In this document: piece after piece, positions 25,887 to 38,147 of the stretch
Layout: the number at the start of each line of letters is the position of its first letter
Numbering within the stretch: position 1 is the stretch's first letter
Source of the DNA: Takakia lepidozioides
Taxonomy: Eukaryota > Plantae > Bryophyta
DNA: 64,000 nucleotides
Reading direction: 5' to 3'
Assembly (NCBI GenBank): GCA_030704615.1
Contig: CM060734.1
Location: forward strand, 37,014,001 to 37,078,000
The notes under the pieces: generated by a model
What the model saw: only the letters and a program-made list of their open reading frames with translations
What the model was told of the DNA's origin: nothing
The model's database searches: none
Program-made: the position numbers and the translations under genes

Positions 25887-28800
25887 GTGCCTCTCCTAGG
25901 TGGACTTAGTAATAAAATTACCCCTAATTATCAGAAATTTCTGCCTTTCTTTTGATAGGCTATTTTTTTTTTAACTTTCATTGTGACAGGTATTTTTTTC
26001 TCACTGCCTTTCTTTTGACAGGCTCATTTTTTTTTTTGCCTTTTTTTGCCTGTCAAATGCCCTGTGACAGGTGCAAAAATCAGCCTTGCACCCTTGTGCC
26101 CGAAAAACTCCCTGTAACACTAAAGATAGTGTCATCGATTCAGTGCCTGTTGGGTTCTCGTGCACACCCTTGTCCCTTAATCGCCCACTCTATCCCCGCA
26201 CACCTCGCCTCCCATTGGCCGGAAGGGGCGAGATCTCCGCCAAGATGCTGACAGGCACGCGCTTGGTCACGTTGACTTGGATTCATGGACGTATTATGTG
26301 CACAGAATACAGCACCCGGGTTCAGTGCACGGAACGATATTCAGTGCGAGCTTTTCATGGGATATAGTGTTCACTGCATGGGTGGGGGACGTTCCCGCCC
26401 ACCATACCCTCATGTTCCATTGGCGTGCTGGGTTCAGTGTAGGGTGGGGATGCTCTAAGTACCGTAAAGAATTGCCCGAGAATTGCGTTGTGGGGCTATT
26501 GGGGGACTTCTTCAGCTCACTCTCCCTATTAATTAATAGCCTAATGGTTTGTCCTCCAAATTTAATCTTTAGAGGGCCCTAGGACCTCCCTTAGGAAGTC
26601 ATCTGGGCACCTTGGGCTTCAAGGTGTGAGACCTGCACTGCTATATATACTCGAGCCCGCCCACTGTCTGCTCACCCCTTCTCTAAATGGCATTAGCCGT
26701 CACGTTGTCGCTGCACGGGGAGGCGCTGCCAGATGGTTCCACACGTCTTTCTCCTATGGCTGCATCCATCCCTCCACTATACCCCAAATCTCCCTCTCTA
26801 TTTGTTGTTCCCACCGGCTCTATGTCCACCAACCATCCTTAATTGAATCTTGCTTACACTTTTCTTCTTAGTTTTTTGCACCCTCGTTTCTCGCTTTGCT
26901 TGTTCCATTCCCTCCTTTTCTAATTCTTGAATCATCCTCTAATCCTCAAGGCCGATACAAACTTGGGGGGGTTATTTAGTCGCCTTATATGGCGCAATCT
27001 CCGATCTAACGATGCCTTACAAATAGTGATAGTACGTTTTCGTAAGATCACTACTGTTTTGCCGCAGGAGCCTTATGAATTCGTAAGGCTACACCTCAAC
27101 TTTTTTTCTTCCTACGTCTTTCTTTTCAGGATTTTTTCTTTTGCAAAATCCGTTTAGCAAATTTTTCTTTTACATTAACTAAGTGTTTCTTTGGTGCTAT
27201 TGGCTGAGGAACCTACGGGGCTCAAGCACGGTATTAAGAACAACATTTGATCAACGACCATTATGTTGAAATTGTCTTCAAAATAAAAGTAGCATAAATT
27301 TTCTATTTATTCTCCTGTATGAAATCTCAATCAGATATCGAGTACAAAGTGATTAACTCTTTGAATGAGCTATTGTATATATGTCGATATCTATCTTTGT
27401 AGCTCAGATCAGCAATCTTTAGCTACGAATCAAGAAGTCGGATTATTCATGTTTCTCATAAAATCCGTTGTAGCAACAGGATCTACAACATTGAGAGTTA
27501 CGTTGCAGGTTCAGATTGTGAAATTGATGTCCAACATGTTGCGATCTACTGGCTCCGAAAATGTTCTGCAGTTTATCCTTATATTTCTCCATCTCTTACT
27601 GAAGAGCAAACTGGCCATCGGTATTTTTCCAGAAATCTACATCATCATCGAAATGCACATAGGATTCTGGACTAGAATTTCGAGGAAGACTCAGAGGAAC
27701 ATAAGGTAACATAGAAAGATGGCCATGATTGCCATGTTTGTTTGTGCCCGCAGGCAAAGAAGACGTAGAAACAACAGCCCGTCCACTGGCTTCAATCATG
27801 AGCTTCTCACACGGAGGTGTCACATAATGAGAACCGTCTTGAAAAACCATAGCCAAACATAAGAAAAGATTCATGTTACCAAAAATAAAATGAAACCGAA
27901 CATATGCCTGTACATACATACCTTAAGCTTCTTGTACCTATCCATCTCTTCATCGAGCAGATCATGAAATTGAACTAGCTTGCCATCAAGACGAACCTCT
28001 CCAGAGATCATCCTCTAAATCGCACGATCTTTAATACCCTTGGAACTTTGATCATACGGTTTTAATCCACACGATATAAGCAATCATGTCATATCCATAA
28101 CTGAAAGATCAATACATTGATAGAAAAGCCAATTGTCATTAAATCATGGAATCATACACTACAACAGATGGCTTTAACGTCTGCCACATTTGCCCAGTCG
28201 TAGCATATATGTCTACAAAATGCAAGGGGGCAGTCCTGGTTGCCAATTATGACCACCAGAAGTCGTATATGCCACCTTGTACCTCCGCCACGTCAGGATC
28301 TGCGGTCAAACACGTTTGACCAGATAGGGGAAGATGGTAGATATGACTAGGAGTCATGGCCAAAACTGCAACAGGATGACGTGGGCATGGGAATGTATGA
28401 CTGCCAGTATTCACGACTGCACGTGGCGATTGCCGGTTGCCCAAGGAGTGTCTATGTGGACGATGCAAACATAAATGGATGAAACAGATGCAGGATGTGA
28501 TTGCAAATGATGACGTGTTAACATATCATTGCTCGCGGGCACTAAGCCACACCCTGTGAATGAATGAATGGATGAATGAATGATTAGGATGAATTAGGAT
28601 GAATTATGATGAATGTGCTCGAATTCAGGGTTGTTAGGTCGCAGTGTTAAGTATGAGGACAATAAGTAGTAAAAATATTTAAGTACTGTTTCACTGACCC
28701 AACAGATTAATAGTAAAATTAATCGACTGTTGGTTAAGGTTAGTGAAACAAAACAACTGTATTATCTCAACGAATGATACACAAATTCCTTGCTGGTAAC

Positions 28801-29050
28801 TATTGGATGAACGTAGGAACAAATGATAATGCAAATGTTGAGCTGGCAGCTATTGGATGAACTGACAGTGAAACTCAATTAAAGATTTATTTTGGATGAA
28901 TGGATGAAATTAAAATGGCCAAAAAATGGAAAAACAAATGAATGGATGGATGTATTGATGGAAAACCCAAAATCCATCCATCTATCACTACATTCATCCA
29001 TCCAATCATGAGTAGAGGGGACTTAGCGTTTTTTTTGTCTCCCCTGCCAT

Positions 29051-29220
29051 CTGTTTGTTTTCTTTGTGTCGAGTTTGATCGTGAGAGATGACAAACAGGA
29101 CGGAGCTGTGTTTGCTTTCTTTTAGTGTCGAGTCTGATCATGAGAGACGTCGAACAGGGCGGAGCTATGTTTGTTTTGTTTGAGGGTCAAGTCTGATCAT
29201 GAGAGACGACGAGCGGAGCT
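29051..29220. repeat. Three diverged ~57-bp tandem units (also present inverted at ~41930-42098)
   Basis: Repeated TGTTTG..GTCGAGTCTGATCATGAGAGA..CGGAGCT. Confidence 0.75.
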
Positions 29221-29240
29221 GGTGGGATAGGGGGCAGACA

Positions 29241-29321
29241 GGGACTCAAACCCTGGAATCGGGGCATGAAGATGTGGTGTACGATGTGGCCATCGACTAC
29301 TATGGGAAGCGGCTGGCCACC
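29241..29321 (+). pseudogene. SEC13: Captured SEC13 (WD40) N-terminal fragment
   Basis: GTQTLESGHEDVVYDVAIDYYGKRLAT versus SEC13 QKIETGHEDIVHDVQMDYYGKRIAT. Confidence 0.85.
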
Positions 29322-30662
29322 TTCACGATGGACAACCGCAGTCGCAAGGTGGGTTTTTTCTCAATGTATGATGTAGTTTGTCCATCCTGCAAATGTGGGC
29401 TCTTGGCGACTGTTAGTACCATGATTTGGTATTCTTCCTGTTGTTTACAAGGTTCTTCGGAGAGTCAGCTTGGTCTTAGTAGGTCGTGTTTCAATCTCTG
29501 CTCGCTCAGCTGCACTGTGGTCGTCTTGTTTGGTTGTAGGTGGGATGACTCAGTTTTTGGAGCTTGTGTTGATATTTTCGAGGATAAACTGGATACAAGC
29601 ACTCACAAACAGGAATATCATATGATGTGCAAATATGTCGATCAAGTGCTTTCAGTTTTCACCTCCTGTCTTTGATTGTCTGGTTCGAAGTGGCCACTCA
29701 AATATTGATGAACTTCAGGTAGGGAAATGAAATGAAATGAAACGAAATGGTACTTTCTAACGTCCACGGAAAGCTCAGTCGAAGAGAGTCGGTTTTGTCA
29801 GCGCTTGGGGTGGGAGATAAATGGGCTCCGACAGCTCGAAGTCCAGCTCCGGACCTTCTGATGCTTTGATACCCAAGGTCAGCTGTTCAACGAGATTGTC
29901 TGCTCCACACTCTCTCTCTCTTTTCTCTTGAATACAACTGATTGATGGGCTTTTCCTGTTATTCTATTTTGTCATGTAGGACCTGTGGTCCATGTGGACT
30001 CATCCAGTTTGTTTTTTTTCTCTCCATGCAGCGATTCTGGTCTGGTTTCTGCTTTACTGTTGGACTTTCATGGATGTTATAAAGCTTATCATGGTTTTGG
30101 TTTGCCAGCTTTCTATACTGTTATTCTAATATGTAGACCTCCATGGCCAACATGATGATCAATTATTCTTATCAGATTAGCACTGAGCAGCTGCGACTGT
30201 TTGTTTCAAGCCGCGTGCGATAACTCATAGAAAGAGATTCTCAACTTGGATGGTGTTTGAAGTGCCTTACAAAGTTTTGCTGGTGCTTTGTATACAGTGG
30301 TACGTGAACTTGGACACCCAATGTTCCAAGTCCTTCTTCAGCAAACAAATACGGTAAGGAGTCAGATCTTCACTTTGATCTATGTAATGTAATGTCTGCC
30401 TTCTTTTGGACATGCATAGGCAAACATGTAGTCCGTATTCTATAACACTCTGGTATGGCACAGTCCTACGGTGTATGCTTTGAAATTATTCTATGTTTTC
30501 TCTATCATATGTGCTTTGGCAAGACATGGATGAATGTGGACAATTCTTGATATTTGAAGAGACAGAAAGAAAGTGTGAAGATGAAATGTAGTCGACATGA
30601 TGTAATTAGGTGCCCTCCTTTGCTGATGATGTTGGTCTACATGTGGGTATGTGAATGTACAT

Positions 30663-30745
30663 GGGCGTGGAACAGTGGTCACAGGGTGTGTGAACAGGGG
30701 ATAATTAAGGTTGGCGAGGGAGTTGAAGTGGTTGGGCTTCGCACG
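30663..30745 (+). pseudogene. Captured EF-Tu exon fragment (1-nt frameshift)
   Basis: GRGTVVTGC(V)[18 protein letters not shown] followed by a GT donor; EF-Tu domain II motif [26 protein letters not shown]. Confidence 0.8.
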
Positions 30746-30914
30746 GTAACAATCTTCCTTGCACAAAAACCTGGGCCCATATAACTTTCCTTGCTTTGAC
30801 AATGTCAGTATAGGGATTTGCTGTGTGATTCACTTCAGTTGGGTCATGACACAAGGTCAAGGACAATGTGGTGAGGGCATCTTCTTCTTCGCCCTATTTC
30901 AGCCTGTTTTGCCC

Positions 30915-31300
30915 TCGCATTTGACATACATGTACACCAAGGGAATGTTCAGAATGACATCAGGTACAATGCCAGCTTTGATGATGTCACCATGAACCTC
31001 TTGGCCCCTTCCCAGGGCTTCTAGGCTCGCATTGCATATTACAAACACAAATGAACATGACCTGATCTGGCTTCATCATTTCCCACATCATTTGCTCTTA
31101 GGTAATTTCCAAAGCCTTAATCCCACACCCATGCTACACATACCTTGCAATCATGGCACTCCACAACACCACATCTCATTTAGCCATGTTGTCGAACTCT
31201 CCCTTCGCATCAGGCTTACTGCACCCACATTTGGCATACATGTCCACCATGGCAGTGTTCAGAATGACAACTAGTACAATTTCAGCTTTGACGATGGCAC
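30915..31300 (-). pseudogene. Captured PPR (S-P-L-S) fragment
   Basis: Clear nucleotide similarity to the 303-bp units of the PPR gene (e.g. ACATTTGGCATACATGTCCACCA, CAGAATGACATCAGGTACAAT). Confidence 0.85.
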
Positions 31301-31954
31301 ATGGCCAAGAGTTATCCCAATATCCCGCTACCAATGAGTTCAATGCATATCCTTGTCACATTGGCAATATCATGTCAAAGTCACTCCCAACTAGATTCAC
31401 TCAACAGCTAACTTGCAGAATTCAACATGAAAATTGAGGGCCGATTATGATAAGAAGGGAAAACAGGGTGAAATGTGTTGAAGAAGGTGCCTTCATTAGC
31501 AGTGCCTGATTTTATCAATTGTGTCGCTGCAGCTGCGGCTTCCAGTTGATCATCTACCCATGCAGGTTTCTTGTATCTATCCTTCCACAGGGAATCATAG
31601 GTAATGTGGAGCTTGAAATCCGGCCCTCTTGGATGAATCTGGACTCACACTCTATCCCTGCTCTTTCAGCTATCTATGCCTCTACACAAAATCATGCATA
31701 CATCTTTGTCTTCTTGCTAGCAGCTGACAATGACAGCCTAGAATTGTTCCAGCAAACACCCCCAACCCTACTTATCAACGAGCAACGAGCTAACTTATAG
31801 AATTCAATATGCATCTCAGGGCCAAGTCTAGTGTAAGTTTGGGTACAACTACAATGATACAAATGGCATGCAGTTTGATAATATGGCTGATTGAGATGTG
31901 GTATCAGCCTAGCCCATAATTGCACTTAACTAGAATAGGCAATGAGTGAAGACG

Positions 31955-32193
31955 GGGTTCGTGGTGACATCGTCCAAGCTGGAATTGAATTGATGTCGTG
32001 GGATGGGGCTTTGGAGACCTGAAAGCACATGATGGGGGAAGGGGTGAAGCTCGACCACATCATGTTTGTGTGCATTTGCAGTGCGTGTGCAAGCTTGGCA
32101 GCCCTGGAAAGCACATGCAAAGAGGTACATGGTTGCATCGCCAAAGCTGGAATTGTACCAGATGTGATTCTGAACAATACCCTCGTGGGCATG
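31955..32193 (+). pseudogene. Captured PPR (P-L-S) fragment, opposite orientation
   Basis: GEGVKLDHIMFVCICSACASLAALE..KEVHGCIAKAGIVPDVILNNTLV. Confidence 0.85.
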
Positions 32194-35100
32194 GATAGCT
32201 GAAGGAGCAGTGATAGAGTGTGGGTGCAGATTCATCCAAGAGGGCCGGATTTTCAAGCTCCAGATTACCTATGATTCATTGTGGAAGGATAGCTAGAAGA
32301 AACCTACATGGGTAGATGGTCAATTGGAAGCCGCAGTAGCAACGGCACAATTGATAAAATTAGGCACTACTAATGAAGGTAGTGGATTGCTGAAGTTCGA
32401 GAGATGTCAGTGTATGCATCTTCTGCTCAGGCATTTGGAAGTCTACATAGACTTTGCAGCTTTGTGCATTTTTGTAGCAGCACCGGATTAGATTATTGAA
32501 CAGATCTTTGAACATGAAGTCACGTTGTATTTGAATCGATGTTCCAATTTCAAATGTGCTTTCATGTTTCAATGGTATTTTTGTGTGCTTTCAATGGTGC
32601 TTTCATGTTTCAATGTTGCTAGAGTTAGGCCCATGACTACGGTCATGTACACAACTACCTCCCATCCATAGAGCCTCCGCCACATGCCACTTTCATCCCT
32701 CATGTTCGCCCATACTTGTGCCACGTGCAGTATCTAGAGTGCGCCATGGAAGTCATATGTTCCAGTCATAACGACCACCCCCATCCTGCATAATTTGACT
32801 CCACGTATCATGTCATGTCTTCTCCATGTGTTGTCCTGGGTTAATCTGCGGAAGTCGTATATGCCAGTCGTAAAGACCATGTCGCCTTCCTTTTGACGTG
32901 ACACGTGGCATATCCCTTCCGTTCCACGTGAAGCTGACATGGATTCGCAGTCATTTACTGTGGTCTTATCAATGACTATGATTAGGCATCCCCGTTGTCA
33001 CGTCAACAATGAGCTCTACGACTGGCAGATACGAGTCTATGGCGCTTACGACTCATTTGTCACAACTGACTGGGTTTATCTGACTGGGCAGTCATGCAGT
33101 CATAAAAGGCTGATACGACTGGAAAATAGCAGACGTAAAAACCGGGATCTGTTGTAGTGATACTTTTCGTAGGACTTGTGGTCCCTATGACCTGTAGTAT
33201 CCCGTCCTCCACTGGTACGTTTGCGTCTTGCATTCTACTAATACCAATAAATCTACCGGCTTTGCTGCTGAACACTTTCCGGCCTACAAGTTTTGGTATC
33301 TCACAGGTGAGTCTCTCAGTGTAAGATCTGAGCATATTGACTCTGACAGGGTATTTCAAGTATCACACATCGTCCTTATAATTCCATTTGGAGTTGCGGT
33401 CATGCTTCTTTTTACTACAACAGGACGGTGATTCATAATCTGTATGTGAGTGTTTATGACGTCGCTGGTAGGGCAATCCACTAGCTTCTGATGGGATTCG
33501 GCACCACAGTGAGTAAGGTCCAGTCGTGGATTCTTCAAAATCCCTTCGCTAAACGACATGCACAAAACAATAGACAGTGTAAGGTTACCATTGTGCACAA
33601 AGATACTGATAATAAGCTCGATAAGACTTCATAGAAAGTTGGAAACACATCTTACCGTAGAACAAGTCGTGTAAGAAGATTTAGAAGCTGGAAATCAGAA
33701 TCATCGACCATACACAACTCCGATACTGCCCGTATGAAGAAGTTGCGGTTGCAAAAATACGAGAACCTTAAATTGCATCCCATGGGGCTATTAGATTGAC
33801 ATTTAGGCTGAGCTAACATCATAATGTCTTCTTCCCTGGTCAGAACATCGCTCTTTTTACGAATCTTCCAAAACCAGCTTTGGATGACTACCTTATAGCC
33901 TCATCACCCGCTAGTTTGACCTTTGAGTAGTGCACATCTTGAAAGAGGTTAAACTTCACTTCAGGAATACCAATATGAACTATTCTTTGTGCCTGGCAAG
34001 CCCAAATGAGGCGTCCAATAGCTCGGACAAGTCCTTGGATACTATTCTTGAGTCAAATGCATTTTAATGAGCCCACAACTCAATATGTTTGCGCCGTCGG
34101 TAGCCTCCGGTGTTCACACTGTCCACCTCATATTCATCCAGTTCTGTAAATTAAGAGTTCTCAGGCTTGGCTGGTGCATGAGAGTCATTGCCAACTTCCA
34201 AGAACATCAAAAGCTGCGTGCTGCTGTGTTTAGACTTGTTGTGGATTTCTAGGGTTCCATGTTTCTTTTCGGGTGCTGTTGCGTTTGCGTGCCGCTATGT
34301 TTTAGACTTGCTGTGTTTAGAGGCCTTGCTAAGTTTTGTGGAGAGGTTTTATGGAGGTGGACCGTATGGCTGTTGTTGTGCCAAATCATGCATGGAGGAC
34401 GGGAAAACACGTTTTCAGTCTCGACGATTCTCCAGTCAAGCTGTCCTGGGAGGAGGTCCAGGAATCTTTATCAGATGCAGATATCATGTATCGCATGAAC
34501 GACATACCTTTGGTGACAACAGAGTTTCCTGCTTTGTTAAGTGAGGAGGCGATACTCAAGATAAAGAAGCCCGGAAGCGGTTCAAAGATGTTTCATAAAA
34601 TGGATGTAGGGGTTCGTGACTTCATCGTCGACATCATTCACAAAGTCGTCTGCCGGTGGAGCGTACTTACACTCAACATGATAGTCATTTACGTCATCGT
34701 CAGATTCGGTATCCTTAGCACAAGAAGAATGAAGAATATATGGATGTACAGTGAGATCGATGCTTGTATTGACTGGAAAATCTGATTTGTCCATGGACGT
34801 CTCACGGTAAATACCAATCTCTTGAGAAACATGCAGTAAGTCGAAGGTAGAAGCATAATGATCTTGTGAATATCTTCCTGAAGTAACTGAATGAGCAACA
34901 TGAGATGAAGATGCTTGAATTGACAAACAAGTTGCAGACTTAGCAGACGCAAGCAAATCGCTCTGAAGAGGTGATGCTGCACTCAACAAATGAGCCTTAC
35001 AGGGATGAGACGACGCATGAGCAAGAGAAGAGCACTGCACAACAATGCTTGGAGTAGGTGGCTCCAAATTTCGAGATGCATCGTGAGGCTGAGAAGCTAT

Positions 35101-36329
35101 ATGTAAATTTCCACACAATTTCTTCGCGGAAGGACCTTCCAAACCCTCGACAACAGCCATCATGCTAAAATTGACACGAATCTTCACTATAAATCATGAT
35201 GATGGAGCGTCGAAATGTGCAACAAATAACAATGACAGAATGGTCAATGGTCGTTCGCTCTAACAAGCTAGCACGACGATGTGACGTAGTTGGACAGAAC
35301 TTGGAAAGATAAAGATGACGGAAAGAAATAGGGGAAAATTCTCGGGCAATTCTTTACGTAGAAGAAGGCCCCCCGTTTGGGCCTTCCGCCATTTTCAAGA
35401 CATGGCCTCAACTACCGCCCTCGTCTACGGCCCTCAAATGGAGGAAGGCCCTCCACTCAGGCCCTTCTCCTATACATATAATGATTATCTCAATATGTTT
35501 TGTGTGAGCATAAAATGATGGATTCTTTGAGATAGTAATACACCCTTGGTTGTCATCATATATAACCATGGTATCCTCTAAATGACCAATAATTGTTTAC
35601 AAAAGTTATTTGAGCAGAAATCACTAGCACAAGAAGCACCTTGATTTAGGAATGATAAAAGAGAATGTATTAGTTGTCCCCCTCAAACTCATCATTCTCT
35701 CTGATTTTTTCATGCAGCTCTCTGGCAGACCCTGTTGCATTCACGCCAGAAAGCACCCCTGAATGGATGAATGAATGATTAGGATGAATTAGGATGAATG
35801 TGCTCGAATTTAGGGTTGCTAGGTTGCAATGTTAAGTATGAGGATAATAAGTAGTAAAACATTTAACTAAAGCACCATTGAAAGCATACGAGAATACCAT
35901 TGAAACATAAAAGCACATTTGAAATTGGAACATCGATTCAAATACAATGTGACTTAATGTTCAGAGATCCGTTCCATAATCTAATCCGGTGCTGCTACAA
36001 AAATGCACAAAGTTGCAAAGTCTAAGTAGACTTCCAAATGCCTGAGGAGAAGATGCATACACTGGCTTGGCCGGACTTGGTCACCCACCTTCAATTGCCA
36101 TCCAGCCCGAAAACGGCAGAAGATACATGAGCAAGCTTTCAGGCAATATAGCAACAACAACATTGACATATGTGAAACAAACTAACATCGCTAAGAATGT
36201 CTAAGCACCATTACACAAACTTGATGTGTGCAAAATGAAAAATTGCAGGTAGGGAACCCTTACCCCATTCTGGCAGTCAAGGACTGGAGGTTTGGGAGTT
36301 GTCTTGTGACAGGTAACGCGGGTTGGAAG

Positions 36330-36450
36330 CATCGCACTCCACGACACCACATCTCATTCAGCCATAGGGTTGAACACTCCTTTGCATCCTCGATGCACCC
36401 ACATTTGGCATACATGTCCACCAAGGTAGTATTCAGAATGACATCTGGTA
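36330..36450 (-). pseudogene. Captured PPR S-motif fragment
   Basis: PDVILNTTLVDMYAKCGCIEDAK. Confidence 0.85.
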
Positions 36451-37287
36451 ATTGACGGGCATACACCTTTTTGCCTTGGTTGTCCCACCGTTGACTGGGG
36501 TCAGAAAAGTATTCATTCCACAGCTTCTCCTCATCTCTATTACCTGTTTTTGGATACTTTCATGTTGTCACATTGGCAGTATCATGTCAAAGTCACTCCA
36601 AACTAGATTTACTCAACCAGCTAACTTGCAGAATTCAACATGGAAATTTAGGGGCGGTTCTAATAAGAGGGAAAAACAGGGTCTCATGTGTTGAAGAATA
36701 GCAGTGCCTGATTTTATCAATTGTGCCGCTGGTGCTACGGCTTCTAGTTGACCATCTACCCATGCAGGTTTCTTGTAGCTATCCTTCCATAGGGAATCAT
36801 AGGTAATCTGGAGCTTGAAATCTGGCCATCTTGGATGATCTGGACCCACACTCTATCCCTGCTCCTTCACCTATCCATGCCTTTGCACAGATCATGCATA
36901 CATCCTTGCATTGTTGTTAGCAGCTGACACTGACAGCCTAGATTGTTCCAGCAAACACCCAACTCAACTTATCACACCAGTTCATATCCTCAATTGCATC
37001 TGCTATTATCTGTAATCCAACAGGCATTTACCTTTTTGCCTCGGTTGTCCCACCATTGACTGGGTCAAAAAAATATTCATCCCACAACTTCTCCTCGTCT
37101 TTGTTACTTGTTCTGGATACTTTCCTGTTGTCACACTGGCAGTATCAAACTATCAAAGATTCACTCAACCAGCTAACTTACAGAAGTCAACATAAAAATT
37201 TAGGGCCGTAAAACAGGGTGAAACGTGTTGAAGAAGGTGCCTTGATTAGCAGTGCTTATCAATTGTGCTAGTGCTGTTGTGGGAACT

Positions 37288-37643
37288 CCAGTTGACATAG
37301 CACAGTGGCATACTACATATCATATCTGAATTGCCCTTTGTGGATTCTAGTGAAAGACTATTCATGGCAGACATGATCTTCCTATCGATGGAATGTGAAC
37401 TGACACTTGAACAGACTATGACTCTGACCTCATCGACAAACTATCCATGCAACTTGACCTATGGGAAGTCAAAGGCGTTTCCCTAATCAACATAAACTTT
37501 GGTGCTGCACATACGTCTGCAATTATTGGAAGGGATGGCTTGCCCTCTGGGTCGTCCAGGTACTGCCACTTCATATCATCTCCAGATGGTTAAGCTGTTG
37601 AACTGAGTAAAGAAAAAATGGCCATCTGGGACGAAGTTATTCC
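37288..37643 (-). pseudogene. Two captured consecutive exons (37643-37515 and 37458-~37288) of an unidentified gene
   Basis: AG-exon-GT, a 56-nt GT-AG intron, and an in-frame join: GITSSQMAIFSLLSSTA*PSGDDMKWQYLDDPEGKPSLPIIAD|VKLHG*FVDEVRVIVCSS. Confidence 0.55.
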
Positions 37644-37993
37644 CTGGTAGATATGCTATTTCAGATGTTAAAACTACTAATTTGACTCCGGTTTCAAAGG
37701 GCAAACCAACAGCAAAGAAGCTAAGACTGGACATTAGATAATATCCCAAGCAAGCACTGGTTAGCAACAGGCTGCCTGTGCATGCCAGCTACTAATCCAA
37801 GGTGGGTAATGAATGAAAACCAGTAGATAAGGGTGTATGAGCAGCTTGGTCATGTATTACCAAAATCCACACAACATGCCCACCTTAAGAAAGACTGCAC
37901 AATCCTCATGAATGAAAGGAAAAGAAATTATGAGACTAACAAATCTGCCATGGCCAAGACAACCATGCACAGGAACAAAAGTAGGATCCATAC

Positions 37994-38147
37994 CCGTGCA
38001 GAGTTGTGGATGCAAGCATGATCAGGCTCAAGATCATCTTTGGTAGCTATGAACAGACAAGGCACCTCAAACCCATTGGTCTCCCCATGTGCTGCCACAT
38101 TATCCAATAACTCTGCAACATGCTTCCATGATGCCTCATCCGAGCTG
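37994..38147 (-). pseudogene. MIRO: Captured MIRO (mitochondrial Rho GTPase) exon fragment
   Basis: SSDEASWKHVAELLDNVAAHGETNGFEVPCLFIATKDDL versus MIRO1 SSDESSWKRATQLLVEVANYGEATGYEVPCLMVSAKDDL. Ends at a GT donor. Confidence 0.8.

Larger units (their letters stand above)
24755..26088. mobile_element. Non-autonomous hAT-like TIR element carrying a PPR gene fragment
   Basis: Imperfect TIR CAAGGGTTG / CAGCCTTG. CACCCTT flanks both sides (24748-24754 and 26089-26095). Clusters of TGACAG(G) subterminal motifs at both ends. Confidence 0.6.
28157..33159. mobile_element. Complete non-autonomous CACTA (Pack-CACTA) element, 5003 bp
   Basis: Starts CACTACAACAGAT and ends ATCTGTTGTAGTG (13-bp perfect TIR). 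3-bp TSD ATA at 28154-28156 and 33160-33162. Subterminal GAAGTCRTATATGCCA motifs near both ends. No transposase; host gene fragments inside. Confidence 0.93.
27900..35187 (-). pseudogene. Long decayed ORF of unknown identity, interrupted by the Pack-CACTA at 28157-33159
   Basis: Removing the CACTA and one ATA copy restores a continuous frame (..TTSPTKS|MIP*FNDNWLFYQCIDLSVMD..SGEVRLDGKLVQFHDLLDEE). Stops near the junction are explainable by C>T changes. Confidence 0.5.

Noticed and set aside
34336-34785. 149-aa plus-strand ORF as a gene
   Set aside because: No recognisable motif, and it lies antisense to the long decayed minus-strand frame.
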